Shown here: piece after piece, positions 47,160 through 57,393 of the stretch | How the letters are laid out: each line of letters begins with the position of its first letter | Numbering within the stretch: position 1 is the stretch's first letter | IMG/VR virus record: IMGVR_UViG_3300045282_000084 | Span: 15,347-79,346 of that record | Length of the DNA stretch: 64,000 nt | Reading direction: 5' to 3' (one strand) | From: a virus | Position numbers and translations under genes: made by a program | Notes under the pieces: generated by a model | Told to the model about the DNA's origin: nothing | The model's database searches: none | Seen by the model: only the letters and a program-made list of their open reading frames with translations

Positions 47160-47771
47160 GTGGACGAGGATCTTAGACGCGCGCTTGACGAAGCCTTCGA
47201 CAGCAGCGGTATTGGGGTCATTCCCGCGCTGATGATCATGGAGGCGGGCAGCGAGTTCATGTCGTGCGAGGAGTTCGGCGAACTGATCGAGGGCCACCAG
47301 GGCGATCTGGCGGAGAGGTTCGACGCCCCCGATGATGACTGGAGTCAGTTCATGGCCATCCAGTGCGTCGATGGCTCCGTACACGTGTTCTACATCGATG
47401 TGCTCATGGACCCGCGGATCAAGGATTTCCTGGCCACCTGGATCGTGCCGCGCGTGATCAGGGAGACGAACGCTCGCACATTCGGGTTTGCGTTCAACGC
47501 CTGGGCGATTGACATGAAACAGCACTCGGAAAGGCCCAACACCATGCCAAGCGATCATCCCGATCGGTTCGAGGTGCTGGAGGTAATCGTGGCTGACTGG
47601 TCGGGGCACATGTACACGGCTTCTGCCAAGATCAACCGCACCAACACCGCCCCTCCGATCTTGAGCGATTGGGATGCGCGACCGTTCGATGGCATGAAAG
47701 GTCGCTTTGTCGATCCGATGCTGGCTGCGATGAAGGAGCAGGCCAAGGTGGCGAGGGCCGAGCAGAACTGA
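47160..47771 (+). CDS. Hypothetical protein under a CCCTCT promoter
   Basis: Promoter 47098-47120; PSDHPDRFE motif. Confidence 0.65.
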   Translation: MDEDLRRALDEAFDSSGIGVIPALMIMEAGSEFMSCEEFGELIEGHQGDLAERFDAPDDDWSQFMAIQCVDGSVHVFYIDVLMDPRIKDFLATWIVPRVIRETNARTFGFAFNAWAIDMKQHSERPNTMPSDHPDRFEVLEVIVADWSGHMYTASAKINRTNTAPPILSDWDARPFDGMKGRFVDPMLAAMKEQAKVARAEQN

Positions 47772-48163
47772 TGAACGGTCTGTGGTGGCAAATACCCGCC
47801 GCCGTGGCGGTGACGGTGCTGCCGGTCGTGCTGGTCAAGCTGGAGAAGAAGTACAAGCATCAGATCGAGTCGGCGGTTGGCCTGGTCGTGCCCACCGTCA
47901 TCCTGACCTACGCGACGGTCAAGCTGTTCCAGGTGTACGGCTGGATGACCCCGGTGTGGATCATGGTCTTTGTTGCCGGAGTGGTCGCCGTCTACCTGTT
48001 CGCAGCGATGCTGTATGGGGTGTACCGGGCGACCAGGGTCGGACGCAGGCAGGGATCGCCGTGGTGGGTGTGGCTGACGCTGCCCTTCTGGCTACTGCGC
48101 GAGCTTTCGCTGGGGCTTGGGGTGGTGATCTGGCGTGCAGGAAGGCGAGCTGTTCATCGCTGA
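47771..48163 (+). CDS. Membrane protein
   Basis: About four hydrophobic segments. Confidence 0.65.
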   Translation: MNGLWWQIPAAVAVTVLPVVLVKLEKKYKHQIESAVGLVVPTVILTYATVKLFQVYGWMTPVWIMVFVAGVVAVYLFAAMLYGVYRATRVGRRQGSPWWVWLTLPFWLLRELSLGLGVVIWRAGRRAVHR

Positions 48164-48701
48164 GGCCGTCGCTCACATGATGCGCCCCCTGGTGCAGTCC
48201 CAGGTGCGCGAGACTTCGACCTGCGTTCTCTCAACTAGGATCGCGATCGAGGTGCTCGGCTACTTCGAAATCGCGGCCACGCCACAGCCGGTGGAGATTC
48301 ACGTGATCAACCAGGCGATGGCTGACTGGATCGAGGCTGGGTATCCAGGTGGCGTCGAGCACGGCAAGGAGCTTGGAGCGTGGGGCGTATCCACCATTGC
48401 AGACCAACCGGCCGAGTCGGGCAAGTGGGCCGGTCACCTGATCGTGCGCCTGGACGATGCGTTTATCGACTCAGACCTAGGGGCGTACTCGCGCCCGCAC
48501 CGCTCACTCGTGGTCCCTGATGGCATTGTGCTTGGCGCTGACGCTGATCCGCCCTGGGGCTATGACTTGGGCGGGGTGCATCTGGTCTACACGCCCACGA
48601 CGGATGTGAGCTGGAAGGAGAGCATCGATTGGAACAGCAAGGGAGTCAAGAAGTACGCTGGCCCGATGATCAGAGCGATCAAGAAGAAGTTGTCTGCGTA
48701 A
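48135..48701 (+). CDS. Hypothetical protein, possibly transglutaminase-like (C..H..D)
   Basis: TCVLSTR..W.GHLIV..FID. Confidence 0.45.
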   Translation: MQEGELFIAEAVAHMMRPLVQSQVRETSTCVLSTRIAIEVLGYFEIAATPQPVEIHVINQAMADWIEAGYPGGVEHGKELGAWGVSTIADQPAESGKWAGHLIVRLDDAFIDSDLGAYSRPHRSLVVPDGIVLGADADPPWGYDLGGVHLVYTPTTDVSWKESIDWNSKGVKKYAGPMIRAIKKKLSA

Positions 48702-49092
48702 ACTGCGGGCATTCGGCTGACGATGCGTTCTCGCAGTTGGGCACGCTGTCCGCCTACAGACCGGTTGCGGTCACGTGGGATGGCCAAAAATACGTGGTCG
48801 AGCAGACAGGACGCGCCGAGCTGGACGATCGAGATGATTGGGACTCGTGTGGCGACTATATCTGCGCCTACTGCAACCATCAGGGCTGGAAGCTCGACCA
48901 GATGATCAAGCGATTACGGGGTGGTGAGGAGGTACCTCCGCCCAACCCGAACCAGCTCTCACTCATGCCACGGTCAGGTGATCTAGTAGTGGGCGTTGCT
49001 GGGCCTGTGATTCGGCAAGGCGTTACCATCGATCGCTACTATCCGACCAGGCGCGAGCGACTGTGGGGGAGTATCAAGGGTATGCTCAGACG

Positions 49093-50546
49093 ATGACGAG
49101 CCATCATGACAAGTGGCTCATCTATCGCGCTCGCGGTGTCGCCCATGCGCGTGAACACGGTGTGACGAGTGCGGCAGGAGCATATGGTCGTAGTGAGCAG
49201 ACGATCCGAAGATGGATAAGGGAGGCTCGATGCCGAGCCCAGTAGATGAAGCCCATGACGAGGCATACCGAGCGTTCATGGTTGCCGCCAGTTGGGTGTA
49301 CTGGCAGACGCACACACCGGTTGAGGCGCTGGCCTACGTCACCAAGAAGATCAAGGGAGCCTAAAATGCCTGAGTGGGAGCGAGGAGTAGTGGCGTTGCT
49401 GGTGCTGTTTGGGGTGCTGTGGCTTGGGTTGTACTGCGTGTTCCAAATGGCCGACCGGTACGTGATCGAGGCGATTGACGAACTTAGCAAGGAGGACGAT
49501 GTCTGAGTCTAGAGAAGCGTCCAAGCCCTCTCAGCCGTCCATTGTTCCGCTCGACAGCGGCGGCAAGCAGTACGAGTGGCACATCCGTCAGTTCGACATC
49601 GAGGTCTGCTTCAACAAGGCCGGGGTCTGCGATGGCGTGTTCGTCACCGATCTTGTGACCGGGTACACGCTGGAGTGGGACGACCACGAGGGGTTGGATA
49701 TCTCGTGGGTAGAATCTGGACAGTCGCACCCCGCAAACCCAGTCCAGGAGCCAAAGTGAACACTCCACCTGATCGCGTGCCGTGGTTCCGCCCCTGGGAT
49801 TGCGCTGACATTCGCCCGTGGTGGTACTGGACGACGGCGCTCCTGACCGCGCCGATCCTGTTCGCCACGGTCGGCGCTCTGGCCTGGTGGATGGCAACGT
49901 GACCAGCAATCGCGTATGCGTCCTGTGCGGCGATCCGTGGCCCGAGATCTCGAACACCTGTCCCACTTGCCACGGCTTCTGCACCTGGGGGCCGGAGAAG
50001 GGCGCTGAACCTGATTCGTGGCACGTACACCGTGACCGCGATGGCGAGATCACCGGGTTTACCGCGAAGTCTCCGCCGCAGGAGGCCACGCGACAATGAC
50101 TCGCGTACAGATAGTGATCGTCCTGCCCACCTGCACGCCTAGGTTCCGTGCCAGTGGTGGGGAAACTAGTCGCCGCGTCGGCAGGCGCGGTCCTGACGGG
50201 GGACGGCCCGAGCGGCGGGGACGATCATGACTGGCCGCGCGAGAATGAATCGCGTCTCCGACGACCATTGGATTCGGATGGAGCTTCGCCTCGCCGGGAT
50301 GTTTTGGCTGGGTATCTTCGTCGGCGGTTGCATCGGTTGGGCGCTAGCGAAAGGCGTGGTGACTTGGTGACGGACGCGACTCCCAAACGCGCGGCCATCA
50401 TCTGCGACTACAACGGCTGCACAAATCCGGGCACCGTGCTCTGGCACAACGGTATGGACATCTATTGCTCTCAGCACGCCGAGCAGTTCAGGATGACCGG
50501 ACAGTGGCTCGAAAAGGCTCGACGGCTACGGCGGAAGCAATCGTGA
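49093..50546 (+). other. Cluster of small coupled ORFs (49093-49245 HTH-like, 49366-49506 TM, 49499-49759, 49756-49902 TM, 49899-50099 Zn-finger, others)
   Basis: Overlapping start/stop codons and SD sites. Confidence 0.5.
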
Positions 50547-50634
50547 CTGGCCACACTACTTCGCATCGCGGTGCCCTCTAACCATTAGGGTACACTATGG
50601 GTAGTCAAGGTCAAACGACGAAAGGGGAAGCACA

Positions 50635-50871
50635 ATGCCAGACCCGCAGTTGGACACCGATCTCACCTCGATCAAGGAACGCATGTCGGACGTGGACACC
50701 AAGGCGCGGCAGCTCACACCACTGGAGATCGAGTGCCTCGACCTGATCTGCGAAATCATCGGCAACGGTCAGGTGGATTGCTGCCGCGCGAACGCGATCG
50801 CGGAGAAGAAGGGTGACGCCCTTGTGCGGCGTTATCGCAGCGGGGTTGATTACGAGGACTACGTGAACTAG
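50635..50871 (+). CDS. Hypothetical protein under a CCCTCT promoter
   Basis: Promoter 50574-50596, GAAAGGGG SD. Confidence 0.6.
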   Translation: MPDPQLDTDLTSIKERMSDVDTKARQLTPLEIECLDLICEIIGNGQVDCCRANAIAEKKGDALVRRYRSGVDYEDYVN

Positions 50872-50873
50872 CC

Positions 50874-51074
50874 ATGGCTACTCCAGCTAACGACCAGTAC
50901 GACACGGGTGGACATCTCGGTCACACGACCGGCGGTGGTCCGTCTGGTGGCCCGCACAGCGGAGCCTCTCTGCCATTCACAGGTGCAGACCTGTATGTGT
51001 ACGTTGTGGTCGGACTGATCCTGATCGCATACGGCCTGTACCTGTACCACTCAAGCCGACAATCACGTGGCTGA
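50874..51074 (+). CDS. Miniature LPxTG sorting-signal protein
   Basis: Gly-rich linker, LPFTG, TM helix, basic tail (SSRQSRG). Confidence 0.65.
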   Translation: MATPANDQYDTGGHLGHTTGGGPSGGPHSGASLPFTGADLYVYVVVGLILIAYGLYLYHSSRQSRG

Positions 51075-52672
51075 TAAGGGGTTCCTGGAAGTGCAAGGGG
51101 TGGTGGCCGCTCGCAACGGCGAGCCCATCGTTCAGTTCATCTACCGAGACATGCACGGCGTTGAAATCGCACGATGGCAGCAGTCACCAGACGACGCCCG
51201 CGATCACGCTCAACTGGTGCACGAGGCAGCAGCCAACGCGGTGTACGAGGCGTCCCTGATTAGCTGGGCGGTGATGGAGGGCGGGCCGGGGCTTGATAAG
51301 GAACAGGCAGCCGTGATGCTCGGCGAACTGCGTGACCATCGCAAGGACAAGTGGGGTGTCAAGCCCCCCGAGGACTGGCGCGAGAAGCCCGAGGGGTGGA
51401 ATCGTGCCGAGCGCGCACCTGGATTGGGAGACATACACGGCGAATGAGAGAGGGTGGGCGATATATCGCTGTTCGCATGTGACCAATGCAACGTGATGGA
51501 GAACACGGCTCTGTCTATGTACAACGTGCGTCAGCCGGGTGAGCCCGCTCTGTGTTCCCTGTGCGACCCCAGGCTGGGGAAGTGGCATGAAGCCTTTCCA
51601 CGCAGGGCGGTCACTGTCGAACAGATCGAGCGAGGGGCGATCATCAACCGCAAGCCAGAAAGGGAACGCATGGGAGTACGGATCACGGCTGACGAGGGCG
51701 TTGTCGCCCTGTTCGACAGCACGAGCGGAGTCGCGTTTGGGCCAGTGTTCGATTCAGCGTTCGACGCGGAACTGTTTCTCAAGTGGGCAGACAAGGAGAA
51801 GGAGGTCGAAGACCTTCGCGCACTCAAGCCTGGCGAACTGGCTGATCTGATGCGAGAATGGGACGACAATGGTCGTCCAGGTGAATGAACGGGCACCATG
51901 CCACGTAAGCCGGACAGTGGGGTTCTGAGAGTGGACGAGCGAGACATCAGGGCAGGCGAACTCGCACATTGGGATCAGGTATCGGCACGCGAGTGAAAGG
52001 AGTTTGCGATGACATATAAGCCACCAGCCCACGTACTAGATCCTGAGTCGATCAACGGGAACAGCACCAGCGACCACCGTTGTGGACACATCGTTCAGCG
52101 CCAGTCGGTTGACGGTGAGTGGACTGACCTGCGAGGCCAGGGCAGCCAGGCCGGTGAGAATACCGCCAGGGATGTGTACGGTCAGCAGTTGAAGCTCTTT
52201 CCAGGAGACAAACTGCGCATCATTAGGCGCGACGAGTGGAGACAATGGCTCAAGTCGTTTCATGTCATCTTCCCGCGAGTTGAGACATCAGCGCACTTGA
52301 AGGACTGGGACGTGACGTACCGAGTGAGCGCGGAAAACGCAGAGATCGCAGCGCGGGTTATGACGAGCATGCGTTTGCCAGTTCACGTGACGCGCGCCGA
52401 TGGCTGACGAGGACCGCAAGATCCTGATCTCAACCTCACCCGAGGACGGCGGGGGGATCGATGGCTCGATCCTGATGGCGTGCAAGGGTGAGGGTTGCGA
52501 GCGGATGGTGTGGCTGTCGCCCGCCTCGCAAGCCATGATCGCAAAGGTTCCAGAGATGGAGCCGATGTGCTTGGAGTGCGGGATGCGCACCGTCGATGAG
52601 GGTGACAGCGAGTTCGGCGGGTTCATCCCTGGTCAAGAAGGCGAGTTTCGTGATTGGAAGCGGAAAGGTTGA
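51067..52672 (+). other. Hypothetical ORFs 51067-51447, 51454-51888, 52009-52407, 52400-52672
   Basis: SD sites and coupling; two contain CxxC pairs. Confidence 0.55.
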
Positions 52673-52800
52673 CGTAGGCTCGTAGAGGGTGTACCGTGCA
52701 GTAGCACGTGCAAACCACTGGCCGTTCGACGGAATGGAGCCGGTGGAGGGTCGGGACGCTGGCCCTGGCAACGGGTGCGCCAACGTCCCGCCCCATTTTT
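52669..52800 (+). promoter_or_regulatory. SigA-type promoter followed by a two-hairpin leader ending in a terminator
   Basis: TTGACG-17 nt-TACCGT; CCACTGGC/GCCGGTGG stem; CGGGACGCTGGC/GCCAACGTCCCG stem plus ATTTTT. Confidence 0.55.
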
Positions 52801-52824
52801 CACAATCGAAAGATGGAGGACACC

Positions 52825-53550
52825 GTGCCAAGAGCGAAGAAGAAGCCGCAGGCGTTTGCGGGCCACACCCGCATCGCGCTGGTGTGGGATGAGAGCGGCA
52901 GCATGGCCCACTTGAAGGAGCAGGGCGACCGCTTCATTGATGAGCAGATCAAGACCGCGAGTGAGCACGAGCGCGTCACCTTCTCGCTGCTGTTCTTCGG
53001 GACGCAGTACGAGAACGGCGCGTACACCGTGTGGGACGACGAGGACCCGCACAAACTGGACGCGAAGATGGCGCAGTACACACCCAGCGGGATGACGCCC
53101 ATGTACGACGGTATCGGTCAGGCGGTGCGCAACCTGGAAAGAAAGATGGAGAAGGGCGATCGCGCCCTGGTGGTTATCTTCACCGATGGGCTGGAGAACG
53201 CATCGCAGGATTGGAACGAGGACACGATCAGGAAGCTGATCGCAGACAAGGAGAAGGAAGGCAACTGGTCGTTTGTCTACACGGCCGCAGGGCTTGATGA
53301 GATGCAGGCCAAGCGTGCCGCCATGTCGGTCGGCATCGCCGCTCGGTCGGTGCTCGCTACCCCAGCTACCCCAGCGGGGATGGCGACCAACAGCGGTACG
53401 ACGAGCGGCAGTACCCAGAGCTACCTGAACTCGAACAGCGCCTCCAATCGCAGCTTTTACGATGAGGCAGGCGCGGTCTCGAGTCCACCACCGCCCATCA
53501 TCGTCAATCCTCCGGAGAAGAAGAAGCGGACGCCCCGCGTCAAGAGCTGA
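52825..53550 (+). CDS. von Willebrand factor A (vWA) domain protein
   Basis: MIDAS DESGSM, TPMYDGIG, IFTDGLENAS. Confidence 0.88.
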   Translation: MPRAKKKPQAFAGHTRIALVWDESGSMAHLKEQGDRFIDEQIKTASEHERVTFSLLFFGTQYENGAYTVWDDEDPHKLDAKMAQYTPSGMTPMYDGIGQAVRNLERKMEKGDRALVVIFTDGLENASQDWNEDTIRKLIADKEKEGNWSFVYTAAGLDEMQAKRAAMSVGIAARSVLATPATPAGMATNSGTTSGSTQSYLNSNSASNRSFYDEAGAVSSPPPPIIVNPPEKKKRTPRVKS

Positions 53551-53880
53551 GGATCGTCAGCGCCACCACCCGTCGTCAGTTCCGGCTGGAGCCGCACCAT
53601 AACGGCTGCCACGTGTACGAACTTGAGGACGGGCGGTGGCGCAAGACGATGGTGTGGCCAAGCGACGGAGAGGCTTACGCCCACGTCTACCACACGATCA
53701 AGCACGCAGAGATTCGGGCACTCAAGTTCGGTGAGAACGAAGCTGAACCAGAACCTGAAACAAAGCCCAAGCGTAAGAGACGATCACCGGTCAAACGGAA
53801 TCGTTAGTCTCATCTTGAGCCTACCGTACACTATGTGTACGCGCGGTCAATACCGACCGCGTAGGGCAGAGGAGGGTCAT

Positions 53881-54405
53881 ATGGCGAAGCGACTGTCGTT
53901 GATAGTCGCGCTAGCGGGGATCGCAATCCTCGCAGTTCCGAGCGTGGCCAACGCTCAGGGCGTAAGTGGCCAGTGCGGGATTCACTTCGGTGATCTCGAC
54001 AAGATCAACAGTAGCGGTGCGTTCTACCACGCCCGCATGGGTCCCCGCGATGGGTACTCGGGCGGCGACATGCACTGCTACGGCAAGTTCCTCGTGTCGC
54101 AGGGACGGCAACCGAACGGGACTCCGAACCCGGCGGTGTGGGAGCTGTTCAACTGGCAGACGTGGAACCTGCACACGATCCTGGCCCTGAACGGTACGGC
54201 TGCCTCGTGCACCGGCTTCGGCCTGGCATTCGCAGCCAACGCTCCGGCTGGGGCTGTTGCGGCCTGGCTGACGGCCTCGGCCGGTGTCGGGTGCGTGGCG
54301 GGCGTGGGGTACATCGAGCAGACGTATCTCACGGCACATGCGAGTGACCCCAACTACTGCGGGCGCTACGCCTGCAACGGACCGGGCCGTGTCCCGCTCA
54401 ACTAG
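53881..54405 (+). CDS. Secreted Cys-rich protein with Ala/Gly hydrophobic segment
   Basis: Signal peptide ending VANA; six Cys; GGAGG SD; promoter 53810-53832. Confidence 0.7.
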   Translation: MAKRLSLIVALAGIAILAVPSVANAQGVSGQCGIHFGDLDKINSSGAFYHARMGPRDGYSGGDMHCYGKFLVSQGRQPNGTPNPAVWELFNWQTWNLHTILALNGTAASCTGFGLAFAANAPAGAVAAWLTASAGVGCVAGVGYIEQTYLTAHASDPNYCGRYACNGPGRVPLN

Positions 54406-54415
54406 GGAGGTGAAC

Positions 54416-54562
54416 GTGAAGCGATTCATCCCCGCCATCGTCGTCGCGGTGGTCGCCCTTGGCATGGTGATCGCAGGGCTCACTCTGTGGGTCGTGGTGA
54501 TCGGCGGGTTGTGCGGGCTGGCTCTGATCGCACAGCGCGTGCGAGGCAGCCGGGCCACGTGA
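54416..54562 (+). CDS. 48-aa membrane protein
   Basis: GGAGGT SD; almost entirely hydrophobic. Confidence 0.6.
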   Translation: MKRFIPAIVVAVVALGMVIAGLTLWVVVIGGLCGLALIAQRVRGSRAT

Positions 54563-54567
54563 CGACC

Positions 54568-54600
54568 GGGGGCCGGGTGCGATCCGGCCCCCATTTCTCT
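54568..54600 (+). terminator. Intrinsic terminator
   Basis: GGGGGCCGGGT-GCG-ATCCGGCCCCC-ATTTCTCT. Confidence 0.65.
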
Positions 54601-54613
54601 CCAAAGGGGGGCT

Positions 54614-54892
54614 ATGCGAACGGTGTGGAAGTACCACCTACCGATCCAGGACGAGCCTACCGATCTCACCATCCCGAAAGGCGCAGAGGTTCTGTTCGTG
54701 GACGATCAGGGGCTTGGCTCGGTCGTGTCGCTGTGGATGCTGGTTGATCCAGAGCGCGGCGTGGTGCCTCGACGGTTCACTGTTCGCTGCACAGGGCAGC
54801 CCATCCACGACGATTCAGAGCAGTACGTCGGCTCGTGTCTGATGTACGGCGGCTCGCTCGTGTGGCACGTGTTTGAGACGCCGCCATCCTGA
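54614..54892 (+). CDS. Conserved small phage protein
   Basis: VWKY.LP..LW.LVDP..TG..YVGS..LVWHVFE. Confidence 0.7.
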   Translation: MRTVWKYHLPIQDEPTDLTIPKGAEVLFVDDQGLGSVVSLWMLVDPERGVVPRRFTVRCTGQPIHDDSEQYVGSCLMYGGSLVWHVFETPPS

Positions 54893-55170
54893 TTTTCAGG
54901 CCACATCTACTTTTCCCAACGAATCCGGCATATATGCCCGGAGGGGAAAATGGGATTATGTCAAAGTCGTCATAGGGCACCATGCTGTGTGAGCCGGAAT
55001 GGTTAGTTCCGAGATGGGCATAGCGCGCCGAGATTTGAGACTATGGGTAAGCGTGCGCGATGTTCCTACGTTGGACCGGATTTTGTATAGAGGTCTAGGA
55101 CCATCTCGGCGAACAGGTATCATGGTTCATGTCAGTTACTATCACCTACCACGAAAGGGGACTGACGAAT

Positions 55171-55623
55171 ATGGCAAGCAATGACGTGATCAAGAAGCGC
55201 CTGATCAACGCGGTGAAGGATGCGGATCAGGAGTTCACGGGGGCGCTCGACGCGCGGGTGGCGGAGATGCCCGACAACGAGGCCAAGGCCGCGCGCAAGT
55301 CGGCCATCGCCGATCACCAGAAGCCGTCGAAGGACGTGCCCAAGAAGGGGAGCCGGGTCACACTCGCGCCGATCTTCAACGGCACGAAGTTCGAGGGCCG
55401 CGAGGGCGTGGTCACGCACGTCGATCAGGTCGAGCTGGGTGGACGCGTGCAGACGCTCCCGCGCATCCGCTTCGACGGTGGGCCGGTCGTGAAGACGCGG
55501 TTCCACTTCGCGATGCGGCCGGGCTACCTGGTCGTCATCTCCACCCCGGCCGAGGTCGAGCCGGAGCCGGAGACCAAGCCCGAGGCGGACGCCGAGGCCC
55601 CCGCCGAGGTCGCAGCCGCGTAG
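55171..55623 (+). CDS. Hypothetical protein, probably highly expressed (own promoter and terminator)
   Basis: Promoter 55101-55123; strong GC3 bias; terminator 55646-55684. Confidence 0.7.
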   Translation: MASNDVIKKRLINAVKDADQEFTGALDARVAEMPDNEAKAARKSAIADHQKPSKDVPKKGSRVTLAPIFNGTKFEGREGVVTHVDQVELGGRVQTLPRIRFDGGPVVKTRFHFAMRPGYLVVISTPAEVEPEPETKPEADAEAPAEVAAA

Positions 55624-55645
55624 CCCCAAGCGCGCGGTTGCGAGT

Positions 55646-55684
55646 AGGGGGGCGACCCGCAGGTGGGGTCGCCCCCCCTCCTTT
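55646..55684 (+). terminator. Intrinsic terminator
   Basis: AGGGGGGCGACCC...GGGTCGCCCCCCCT-CCTTT. Confidence 0.65.
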
Positions 55685-55745
55685 GGCCCACCAAACCGGA
55701 GGGAGTGTAGGTCGGTGGGTCGAGGTTTGACCAGTTTCACGCCCA

Positions 55746-55851
55746 TCGTGTGCCGCAAGCCAATGCGAGCCTCACGGGTTGGAGTGGTCGCGTAGGTGTT
55801 GGTACTCACGCGACACGCCGACGACCGCAGGCTCGATTACACGTGGTCGAG
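55746..55851. repeat. Dispersed 106-bp element, copy B
   Basis: Gapless alignment with copies A and C. Confidence 0.8.
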
Positions 55852-55910
55852 CATCCTCTGAGCGATGGGGTACACTGTGCGCAGGTCAAGTCAACCACGA
55901 AAGGGGTCTC

Positions 55911-56759
55911 ATGCCTGAGCTTGGGGAGACGCGCACGCGCTACATGCACGACCCGCTCGGTGATCCGAACCGCAAGCTGCGCTTGCACGATCGCTTCATC
56001 AAGACCTACGGGGTCAACCCGCCCGTGTGGTTCACCTACAAGGTTGCTGAGGTCTTGCCCAGCGAGGTGCCCGAAGGGGCGCTTGAGCCCGAACTGCGGT
56101 GACTCTCTACCGACTCGAACGCTGGGGGCTGTGGGAATACTCCGCCGAATACGAGTTGGCGGTATGCCCCCTGATGCCAGACGCCTGTGTCTGGGCGCCA
56201 CAACACATGATTCTCGCTCGGCATCCTGGCAAGTGCTGCCTGTGTAAAGGCGAGCTGCAAGGATCGATGATCGAGTACAGCCCTGGAAAGGGCTACTTCA
56301 ACAAGCACCTGCGATGTGCGGCTGAACGTTCACCGTGGCTGTCGTATGGATTCACCGCCGACGAAGTGTTGGAGATGTGGCGAATCATTGGCCGCTTTCG
56401 CACGGTCGGCTCAAACGACGCGGGGCTGGTCCTCGCAAGGAGGTATCTCGATGCCTGAACCATCCGAAGGCTCCCATCGCATTCCGCGCCCGATGCGTGA
56501 GCCGTACATAGATCCGTATCTGGATGAAGGGATCGCTGGCCTGCGGGCGATGTACAACAGCATGAAGTGCGACTCCGGCATGCCCGAGGATGCACCCGAA
56601 CCCGCGATTGGAGAGGGGCACTTCACATGTCCTCACTGCCAGGGCACCATCATCATGGGCACGATGCGCATCCCCGCTAACGAGCACGTGGCCTTTGAGA
56701 TTTCGGGGCGGCTCGTGGATGCGAAGCTGGCGGCAGAGAGGGAGGTACACCCCAACTGA
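55911..56759 (+). other. Hypothetical ORFs 55911-56102, 56099-56458, 56451-56759
   Basis: Under promoter 55854-55876; coupled. Confidence 0.55.
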
Positions 56760-56824
56760 CTCCCTCTTGCGGCTGACGTAAACTACTGACGTAGGTCAGG
56801 TCAACCACCAGTAGGAGTTGGGCA

Positions 56825-57331
56825 ATGAGGCACGGAATACCGGCACGCTGGAGTGTCCCTCTAGCGGTTCTGGCTGTGATCGTGTGCGCGATCGGCGGGG
56901 TGATGCTGGCCTCGAAGGCTGCGCACGCGGGCGCAAAGGGAGTTCCGCTGGTCACGAGGACGATCAAGGGTAAGACGATCATCACGACCAGGCCGGTGCA
57001 TGTCCCGGCGCGCACGTACACCCGAAATGGGAGGACGGTGACGGTACCAGCGCACACGGAGCTGCGAACGACCAGCACCTTCGTCCCTGGCCAGACGGTC
57101 ACTGGGCCTGGACGCACGACGACGCGCACCGTGGACGGCACGATCGTCCGAACGATCACCACCCCTGGCAGGGTCACCACGGTCACCGAGACGGGAACTG
57201 GAACCACGGTCGTGAGCGGGACCACGATCACCTTGACGGTGCCCACGACCATCGTCCAGACGCAGACGGACACCGTGACGCAGACGGACACCGTGACTGA
57301 GACGGTTACGATTCCACCACCGGTCTCATGA
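56825..57331 (+). CDS. Secreted or membrane Thr/Val-rich protein
   Basis: N-terminal TM/signal; TxT repeats; 18-nt tandem repeat near the end; promoter 56762-56784. Confidence 0.7.
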   Translation: MRHGIPARWSVPLAVLAVIVCAIGGVMLASKAAHAGAKGVPLVTRTIKGKTIITTRPVHVPARTYTRNGRTVTVPAHTELRTTSTFVPGQTVTGPGRTTTRTVDGTIVRTITTPGRVTTVTETGTGTTVVSGTTITLTVPTTIVQTQTDTVTQTDTVTETVTIPPPVS

Positions 57332-57393
57332 ACCGCCCTCTCGCACATGCGGTAACCTATGGGTAGGTCAGTCAACCACCCAAAGGGGGCGTC

